Shown here: positions 54,535-64,000 of the stretch, in pieces
How the letters are laid out: each line of letters starts with the position of its first letter
How positions within the stretch are numbered: the stretch's first letter is position 1
Origin: Octopus vulgaris
Lineage: Eukaryota
Assembly (NCBI GenBank): GCA_951406725.2
Contig: OX597819.1
Location: 26,350,001 to 26,414,000, forward strand
DNA length: 64,000 nucleotides
Direction of reading: 5' to 3'
Notes under the pieces: model-generated
Told to the model about the DNA's origin: nothing
Seen by the model: only the letters and a program-made list of their open reading frames with translations
Databases searched by the model: none
Made by a program: the position numbers and the translations under genes

Positions 54535-55627
54535 ATGGCAAAAAAGAATGAAGCCACTGTCTTGGAGTGGGTGGTTAATAGACTTTAATAATAGAAAGGT
54601 GGTGCTGAGTACCTATTCTAGGTCACTCGGCGTCATCGTTCAATTTGATAAAGGAACTATAAAAAAAGAGTTGGCAGAATATCTGCCATCTGTAAAATTC
54701 ATCGCTCGGGGGACCAAATTTGCAACGGTCTGGTTGCTCTTTGGTACCTCCGAGGAAGCTGGTACATTTGCCAGCAAGCCCCCTGAGGGGAACAAGATTT
54801 TGTTCCTCCCCACTTATTGTGGGAGGAAGATAAGGAGAGCCTGGGTGTGCGGGTTGCCCATGGGCACGGAGGTGAGATGGATCGAAGACACCATCCGGCA
54901 AGACCTGGGGGATAGCGGGACCAGGCTATTGAGTGTGAATATATCTCCTGTGGTCGACTGGAAGTGGTCAAAGGCAACTTTGACCCGGTGGCCGTGGGAA
55001 ATATGATATTCCCAGACTTCCTAAAAGTGGCCAGGTACAAGTACCCGCTGATACTTAAGGGACGCCCCCCCCCCAATTTCATCTGTGCCTGGAGCCTGGC
55101 CATATCAGGAAGAACTGCCCCAAGGGACATGGCAAAGCCCTGGAGCACAAAAAAGAAAAAGTGCCCGCCGCCCTCTCTTTGGAGAGGGAGACGGCGGAAG
55201 TCGTGGAGGAAGATGCCTCCAAGAAAAGAAAAAGGTGAGCAACAATGGTTGCTCACCAAAGAATGTACAGGCTGCGGAGGATGGTGGCGACCCCCTTCGT
55301 CTGCCGACGCAGCCCCCCGCAGCTACAAAAAGAAAGAGGAAAAAGAGGAGCAGGGGACGGTCAGCTGATGTTCCTGGGCCGCCGACAGAACCGCAAGTGA
55401 GATGTGTGCCACCAGTGGATGAGGCACCATCAGTGGGAAGTGTGCTTCTGAGAGAGCTGTTTGAAGTCTCTTCCCGTGAGGAGGAGGAGGTGTTTGTCCT
55501 CCTTTACCACATGGGAGGGACTGTGAGTGAATTTTTGGACGGCCTGGCCGACCGAGACCGTGCGTACTCGGGCTGCACAAGTAGTCCAATATGGCCTCCG
55601 CAGGTGGCTGCGGAGGTAATAACATAA
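54535..55627 (+). pseudogene. Frameshifted L1/Tx1-like ORF1 (RRM-like region + CCHC zinc knuckle) with no ORF2
   Basis: KVVLSTYSR...IKKELAEYLPSVKFIARGTKFATVWLLF...LFLPTYCGRKIRRAWVCGLP, then LILKGRPP and the knuckle HLCLEPGHIRKNCP (about 55080-55120). GC-rich block. Confidence 0.7.
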
Positions 55628-55909
55628 AATTTTGTCAAAGGTCACAGCGACCTTTGACAAGAAAGATTTGCCTTCCTCTTCGTAGGCCCCGACCTGTCGA
55701 TGCAGCATTGGGTGAGACACAGTAAAACTAAAACTCAGCTCTGCCACTCTGCATCCAGTGGGGCTTCGTGAATGTGACTGCAGAAATGGAACTTACAGTT
55801 GTGAGCCCAACACCGCTAGGCTACGCTCTTGACACAACTATTTTCTAGTAATAACAAATAGATTAATGATGTATATAACAGATGAATTATAGTTATGTAT
55901 CTAGTAGTA

Positions 55910-56110
55910 AGGGGGTGAGCTGGCAAAATCGCTAGCACGTCAGACGAGATGTTTAACGGCATTTCATTTGCCATCACGTACTAAGTTCAAATTTTTCCAG
56001 GGCTGACATTGCCTTTCATCTTTTCAGAGTCGATAGAATATGTATCAATTGAACATTGGCGTCGATGTAATCCTCTGAAATTACTCGTCTTGTACCAAAA
56101 TTTGAGACCA
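55910..56110 (+). mobile_element. Decayed SINE family C copy
   Basis: GGTGAGCTGGCAAAATCGCTAGCACG...AAGTTCAAAT...TTGCCTTTCATC. Confidence 0.7.
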
Positions 56111-57246
56111 ATATATCTAGCAGTTTCAACTTCCAGCCACATAAATTAGCAGCAATTTGGCAGAATCATTAGTGAATCAAATGGAATAACCATTCGGTAT
56201 TTGTTCACCCTCATTGAATCCAAAGCTCAAATCCTGCCGAGGTAAACTTACAGCATTCGTGGTCGAGAAATTAAATACCAGTTCGGAGCAGTGGCTACGC
56301 AGAATGGTAAAATGTTGAAGGAGGTCTTTTCTTGTATTCCTTTCAGTACAAATTGCTCCGTGGCTAGGGTTAATACACCAACCATAAGCCTACATTTACT
56401 TATGAAAGCTAGTATGAAGTGAAGGATTATGCCTGCCTGCCACTACTCTCAAACCCTGATAATAGCATAGGTGTTGTAATTTCAAAATGCATTTAAGTAT
56501 GCACATGTGTAATAAATCTTCCTTATTTCAAATGGGACGTTGTAGCAGTTCGTATATATTCATACATTTGCTTTTATTTCTAATCCATCTCCGTTGTGGA
56601 ATAGCATGATATTATTAATATTCAGTAGATAGCAGTCTATATTTCACTTATCAATGTAGTATTTGCATTCTGTACACGCAAATACTAAGAGTGAGTGTGT
56701 GTGTTCTGATGAATTCTTTGTATGCATGCATACATTCATTGTTCGCAACATATTGTAATTCTTTTCCGTTGGTTTCAAACTGTGAAATAATTCATACGGG
56801 AATAGTAGCTGACCCCATTATTTCAGATTTGTGCCTGTCACCTAACGAAATTATACCGCTGTTTCCATTCACCCTTCAGATAATGGTACTCTCTGTTTAG
56901 AATAACTCAAGAAATACATATTAAACAATATTTTTCACAGCCGAATGTATAAACCGTATACTTGTTTATATGTTAACGTAGCTTTATTATTAAGGTTATA
57001 TTTAAAAAGAAAAAACGTCCTTTTAAAGTACTCTTAATCAAAAATTCTGAATTACTATTAAAAATATGTATCTATAACTGATATCCGATAGTATATTCGA
57101 TGTGATCGTTCGGCATTATTTTTGTTACTTCTATCTTTAATAACTAATATATAATTTCGTTTGAACCGAGACGTAACAGAGTTCGTGACTGCAAAACTCT
57201 TTATTTGGGAAATTATTGCAGTGAACGACATTGTTTTAATATACAT

Positions 57247-57712
57247 GGTATTGCACCTAGAAAGTTACCCTCCGAGGTACAAATCTGGGCAAGGTTGTTT
57301 ATGGAAGACCAGCAGTCGCCCACACATACCAGCCTCCCCTGTCCATGCCACCGATGTTATCCAAGTGAAAGGCAAAGGCCGATACAGCTTGGCACCATTG
57401 ACGTCGCAGCTCATTTTATTAACGTGCAAGTGGCTGAGCACTCCACAGACACGTTGTTCTCGCGGAGATTCAGCGTGACACAGAGTGTGACAAGGCTGGC
57501 CCTTTGAAATACTGGTACAACAGAAACAGGATGAAAGAGTGAGAGAATGTTGTGGTGAAAGAGTACAGCAGGGTTCACCACCACCACCCCCTGTCGTAGC
57601 CTCGTGGAGCTTTAGGTGTTTTCACTCAATAAACACCCGCAATGCCCGGTCTGGGAATCGAAACTGCGATCCTACGACCGCGAGTCCGCTGCCCTAACCA
57701 TTGCGCCTCCAA
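57247..57712 (-). mobile_element. Composite SINE family B copy with TSD
   Basis: 12-bp TSD TTTAATATACAT (57235-57246 / 57713-57724). Head ..CCATTGCGCCTCCA. Confidence 0.9.
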
Positions 57713-57919
57713 TTTAATATACATATGAATTAGTAAACAATAACGTCTTGGTTACAGATTTCCAATACTTAGTCTCTGGTTCGCAACATTTCGCTGTGAC
57801 TGACTTGAAAATTAGTATCTGTAGCTATCTACTGAACAAACAACATAAAGAACATTCAAGTCTTGACGAACAAAAATATTGGTGAATTACACGCACGTGT
57901 GCACACACACATACATAAT

Positions 57920-59512
57920 TTCAAGGTTTTCACATCTTTTTTGTGTGTGTGCTGGTGTTTTGGGAGGATTGCTTTGCAGCGTTTTTTTTTATTTAACGAG
58001 AGATAGCGATGGCTAGTTGGAAAATATTTTATTCAGACCTAAGTGGTTCTGACTTGTCCTCTTCGAAGGAGAAACTAGTAATGGCTGTGGATAGAATGAA
58101 AAATGCTTGGAAACGAAAAGTTTTGCAGAAGTGACAGAGGTTAAATGGAAGGAGGTAGAATTGTTGAACATGAAAAGATATCAAAAGATGGCTTGTTGAG
58201 TTGGTGTTGACATGAAGCTCTCACCACCACAAAAGGTAATGGATGACATGGTTAAGAGGGCCATTGTGTACAAAGTCTACTCGGTGGAAGAAAAAAAGAT
58301 TGAACACTTGGAAGCCGAAATAATTGAGAAGGCGTTGTGAGCGTTATGGAGGAATATAGCGTTTTGTGCAAGATGAAACATGTACGGGAATGTAGTGGTA
58401 CAATTCAGAACGGAGAAAGCAGCGAAGAGAATTGCCGTAAACACGGTGAAGTCAAACAAAGTAGTCTTTCTACTTACTTATCACTGTAGAAGTACTTCCA
58501 AGATTAAGGTAGAAGGAATCCCTCCGCATATAGGTGTGGATTGGGTTGCGGCGGCTGTTCTAGCAAGTAAGGAGGAAGTAGCCGTCCAGAGGCCACAGAA
58601 AGAGAAGGGTCAACGTTGAAGGGTAAAACGTTAGACCTCATTATACAGGCCGAGGTAGAAACCAACCCGGGAATGTTTGGCAGTGACATGATTTTCAGAG
58701 TGTGGGTAGAGGGCAGAACACCTCGCTGTTTTAAATGTGGCCAAGGGGCCACATTAGAGCATACTGCCCTCTACAAAAGCAAAATCTAGAAAAAGCTGAA
58801 AAGGAGTTAGAGAAGAAGAAAGAGGTGATGCAGGAGGAAGAAAAGAAAAAGGATGAACTGTGGACAGTGGCCGAGGGAAGAAGGGACACTGTGAAGTAGG
58901 ATCCCAAACCATACCCACCACACCCTCTCAGACCCACGCTCTTCATACATCACCGAACTCACTCATTTCCTTCCTACACAATCCAAAACAAGAAAAAGCA
59001 AACAACAAAACACACAAAATTCCCATCCCCATGAAACTAGTGACGTATGTTTATTGAGGGATAAGAAGAACAAGGAACTGATTTGTAAGACAACAGAATG
59101 GAAAACAGCAAAGTTTGTGAACGTTGAAGGATATACAAATATAGCAGGTGGCACCATGTGTGTGCCATTTTCGGAGAAACAAAATGGAAGAAGTAAAGAA
59201 ATATAAAAAAAAATAAGATACACATATTGGAAAATTTATGCAGACTTAAAAAGGACAACGGACAATATGGGTTATAAGGAACTGTTAAGAAAACATGGCC
59301 TGGACGTGTTAAAAGGACTCCCAGGATAAAAGGAAGTGATGCTGCATGAAGTGGGGCAAGCAGCACATTTTCATTATTCATTTTCATATCATTCATGTTA
59401 ACATACGTTTAATTTTTATTTTACAGTTTTAATTATTTTCTCGTGTTATGTGTCCCCACATGTATTTGTATTGTCTCCTCTATATATTTGTCCTTTGTGG
59501 ACAATAAAGAAA
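57920..59512 (+). mobile_element. Second ORF1-only (HAL1-like) retroelement, degenerate
   Basis: RAIVYKVYS...YGNVVVQFRTEKAAKRIA...VVFLLTYHCRSTSKIKVEGIP and VWVEGRTPRCFKCGQ/GHIRAYCP (frameshifted CCHC). It ends in a hairpin + AATAAA at 59488-59508. No APE or RT motifs seen. Confidence 0.7.
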
Positions 59513-60087
59513 CACACACACAGATATTGACAATTGTTTTTATGTCTCGTTATATAAAAATAAAATAGCCACAATCCTCTTTATATATGATTTGCAAAAT
59601 CACATCTAGATATTTATTTTCACAAGCGATCGGGAGGTTTTGAAACTGAGACGCAACTACAAAGTCACTACTAAACATTATCTGTTAAAATAATATATAT
59701 TTCTGAATTTGCATTTTTTTTTTTTGCTTCTGTTTCATTGAAACCTACACAGAGTTCTTGTACGAAAATTATTCTTGTTATATCAAGATAATATTTATGT
59801 TTTTATGCTCGTAGGCATCTTACGTCATTTGTGTTGTATATCGAAATGTGTGTGTACAGTGAAGGGTTATACAGGCTTCTGAGTACGCGCGTGTGAGTAA
59901 ATATGCTGTTGTGTGTGTCAATGCTTATAGGGTGTTCTAAGTCTTTTTGATTTCGTGACATAATGGAAATCAAATAAAAACTTTTTGGAGGCCTTCGCAT
60001 GGCAAGTATAAAAGCCTTTATCAAAAATTCAGACAAAATGTTTGAGAAAACTCAGGGAATCTGTTTTATTAACCGTATTTGAATATA

Positions 60088-60502
60088 TATTTCTTTATTG
60101 CCCACAAGGGGCTAAACACAGAGGGGACAAACAAGGACAGACAAACGGATTAAGTCGATTATATCGACCCCAGTGCGTAACTGGTACATATTTAATCGAG
60201 CCCAAAAGGATAAAAGGCATAGTCGACCTCGGCGGAATTTGAACTCAGAACGTAGCGGCAGACGAAATACTTATTTCTTTACTACCCACAAGGGGATAAA
60301 CACAGAGGGACTAAACAAGGACAGACAAACGGATTAAGTCGATTATATCGACCCCAGTGCGTAACTGGTACTTAATTTATCAACCCCGAAAGGATGAAAG
60401 GCAAAGTCGACCTCGGTGGAATTTGAACTCAGAACGTAACGGTAGACGAAATACGGCTACGTATTTCACCCGGCGTGCTAAAGTTTCTGCCAGCTCGCCG
60501 CC
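60088..60502 (-). mobile_element. Young dimeric SINE family C insertion
   Basis: Two tandem units inside one duplication of about 23 bp, TTTATTAACCGTATTTGAATATA (60065-60087 / 60503-60525). Confidence 0.92.
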
Positions 60503-61296
60503 TTTATTAACCGTATTTGAATATAACGAAATCATGAATAACAGTTTTAAAAAATATATTCTCGAAGCATTAGCATAGGTTTTCTGAAATCTTAAATTAT
60601 ACTCTTAAAATACCACGGTAAACCTAGATCTCACTTTTCATGCGCGGCTTTTCGATCGCTGATATTGTTTAGCCCCATGTTAATCAAAATCCAGCCGAGT
60701 TATTACCAACTCATTCAAATTCCGGTCCGTTTTCGGTCGCTTTTTCTTGGCTACTACTACTTTTAGTAATCAGAGCGACCTCGAGAGCAAATCTTATGCA
60801 ATCTCCAGCGCGTGTTTGTGTGTGTAGGCGTGTACATAGCAGTGTGCGTGTGTGGTTATGTTAGCTCCGATTTAACAGATTTATTACCAAAAACACGACC
60901 AACGTATTTCCTCTTCGAGTTGTAGGCTGCCATTATCCAAAGTAACCTTCCTTTTCAAGACAGTGATGTCTAAATTGAGATATGCTGGTACTTTTTTTCT
61001 AGCGGGTTGGAAATATAGAATGTCCGTTATCTGATCACAGGATTATATGATCATATACCCATGTCCCTCATTGTGTAAGTCGTTGTTTGCTTTTCCTTTG
61101 GGTTCTGTTCTATTCTCATTCACACACATGTATATATGTAGGATAAGAGAAGTTAGAGAAGGAACGTATCAAGACAATCAATACAAATTCCAAAGCATAA
61201 TTTAAATCACACAGTGAAATAAATATACAAATAAATATGAATAAAATAATTTAAAGCACATTTAATTATATAAGAAAATTTAGCTTTATACATGTA

Positions 61297-61346
<50 letters not shown>

Positions 61347-61923
61347 CTCACACACATACATTCATAAGCTCAATATATATATATATGTATGTAGGTGAGC
61401 ACTCCCGTATGCATAGGTGTTCAGCAACGTGCATGTGTATGCACGTTTATTACGTATATATCGGCGTCGAAAATCGTTTTTGTGTGATTACTGCTATATA
61501 TATATATATATACGGACGGAACTGCAATACAACGAGGTGGCCAAATGAATAGTGATCTATCTTCATTGTTTAACATCGTTGAAACCAAGCATATGAACGC
61601 AATATTTTGCGAGTAGTACAATTTTAAGGGATTTCTTTCTCCGAATAGTCCAGTTTGCAGCATGCCAGGTTAAGATAGTGATTTTGCCAACAATCTGTCC
61701 GGTAGTGTTATTCACTGCCATATTCGACTATCCAGGTCGACTATACCAAGTCGTCAATTTCTACAACAAATTATCATTTCACTCTGCTCAGATACTTTCA
61801 GTCTTGCTCCATTCCACTATCGCTTTCACGCCCAGTACTCACCACCACAAGCGTGCATGCACACAAATATACACATTAGATACATACATATGTGGATAAA
61901 CGAATATACGCACTCGTCTTAGC

Positions 61924-61965
<42 letters not shown>

Positions 61966-62034
61966 AACGAAAAAGACAACGCGAGGACGTGGTACATGCA
62001 AAGTATTAACAGTCGCTCAGGGAAGGAAAGAAAG

Positions 62035-62075
62035 CGTATCTTACGTTTCGAGCAAAGACCTTCTTCAGAAACAGG
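62035..62075 (-). ncRNA. Minimal hammerhead-like motif in a solo PLE terminal-repeat fragment (about 61960-62155)
   Basis: Minus strand reads tgttt CTGAAGA aggtctttgctc GAAA c GTA agata. The core is intact and stem II is eroded. Flanked by (TA)n. Confidence 0.6.
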
Positions 62076-62754
62076 AGACAGAAGAAAGTGCCAGAGAAAA
62101 GCATGACGGAGGAAAAGAATCGCCAACAATCTACATGTAGTTACATTTTGTAAATTATATATATATATATATATAATCGTTTCCGTCACAATACATCAAA
62201 GTGAATGGTATTATTTGATCAACAAAATACCTTCCTCTTGGATTAGTGTGCAAGTGGCTGACTATTCTACAGGCACATGTAATTCTTAGCGTAATCTTCA
62301 GACAGAATCAACGTTACGTCGTGTGACGAGGCCGGATCTTATGTGTTTGCAGGTACAGTCTATTAGAAGACCTTCTGCACAGTTTTCGTCAGCATATTTT
62401 TTCATTTAGAGGGCTTGGGTCGACGCAACATTATGACACTTGTACAATATGGGACGAATCTGTTACCTCGTGATTTCGATGAGAATTTAACTATCCAACC
62501 ATTTATACGTACTTTTAGATACACATACATGAATCGTAGCACATACAGTTTATATACCTTGTATGCATATAGTGTATAAGTGAAAGAGTGTAAAACTAAT
62601 GGTCATAAGTTTGTGGTTTCGATCTTTCTATCAAGTTGCGTGTCGTCTTTTTAAGCAATGTACTATTTTTCCTGTTGCACCATAGTAGTCAACTAAAATT
62701 AAGTACTAACCGATTACTCCTACGATACTGTATTTCTCCAGCTGTTATAATACC

Positions 62755-62984
62755 TATTTCTTTATTACCCACAAGGGGCTAAACACAGAGGGGACAAACA
62801 AGGACAGACATAGGTATTAAGTCGATTACATCGACCCCAGTGCGTAACTGGTACTTAATTTATCGACCCCGAAAGGATGAAAGGCAAAGTCGACCTCGGC
62901 GGAATTTGAACTCACAACGTAACGCAGACGAAATACCGCTAAGCATTTCGTTTGGCGTGCTAATATTTCTGCCAGCTCGCCGCC
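62755..62984 (-). mobile_element. Full-length young SINE family C copy
   Basis: TSD CTGTTATAATACC (62742-62754 / 62984-62996). Confidence 0.92.
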
Positions 62985-63953
62985 TGTTATAATACCGATA
63001 TCTCGCTGGCTCAGTAGTTGGTTGTTTTAAGGATTCCTTCGCTCGACTACATCTTAAATGATAAGCAAATGCGTGGTACAATCTGCTAGATCTTACTAGC
63101 TTATAAGCATATGAGCTGCGTGCGTTTGTGTATAAATATATGTACGAAAATCACGATTATTCATATGATGATAACCACTGTTTTCACCTAATTACATTGT
63201 CCTAAATGTTGGATAATTGAGGATTTTCCTTGGGTAGGTTCGATAATTTTAACTTTATTCATAAGGCACTAATATTCACATAAATTCTCAGTTATCAACG
63301 AAATTGAGTTATTTGAACACTCGTTGGCGTAGCACATATCTGCACACGCAAACAGACGTATAATACGTGTATATAACATCATACACATGCGCAGTGTGGC
63401 ACGCTCGCGAAAATTTCGAGCTGTAAAACCAAGCGCACACATAAATAGATACAACACGCTTGCAACATATACACCTACACACAGTCTACTGGAGCTTACA
63501 TGTACAACGTCACAATATATACGTACATACACGCCCACTTGTATATCTTTCCCACATGCTCAAATATTCCTTGACTTATATTGAAACGTAACCTCGTACA
63601 CGAGTTAGGTAATAGAAAAATAATGGCGTGTAGGCGTTTATACGTTTTTACACAAACCCATTCATAAAACCTGACATATAATATATTCTCTAAAAGAAAG
63701 ATCCTGGTGTCTTCATGGAAACTATTCATTGTAAATAAATGACATTACACACCTTTCTAATAACGTTACTATAAATCAAGTGCTTTAGAGCTACGAGCAA
63801 GTAACAGATAAGTGATATATATATATGTCTTAACAATTGAAATAAACATTTCCTCAAATACTCTATTATTGCTAATATTTGTTACAGTAATTGGATAGCA
63901 GCCATCCTGATACACTTACCTTATCATATAATATAGTATATATAACTATAATG

Positions 63954-64000
<47 letters not shown>

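Overview
This is an AT-rich, microsatellite-dense animal genomic window. The SINE set and (TA)n/(TAA)n load resemble an octopod cephalopod, which is my inference only. I found no host protein-coding gene, intact transposon ORF, rRNA, true tRNA or CRISPR array, so it is probably intronic or intergenic. It contains three degenerate Penelope-like elements (PLE; RT and/or GIY-YIG), a nested cluster of R4/Dong-type RLE-LINE fragments in (TAA)n tracts (about 18.9-24.1 kb), and two decayed mariner transposons. It also holds MITEs, about 25 tRNA-type SINE copies in three families (labelled A, B, C here), and two ORF1-only (HAL1-like) CCHC-knuckle retroelements. The most notable signal is about 7 minimal type-I hammerhead-ribozyme (HHR) motifs. 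Four of them sit as outward-facing pairs in the arms of two unrelated non-coding fold-back elements (31.2-32.3 kb and 51.2-51.7 kb). One lies just downstream of a tRNA-like Pol III cassette in a PLE 3' end (47.1-47.3 kb). All alignments and identities were estimated by eye, and coordinates of decayed elements are approximate.
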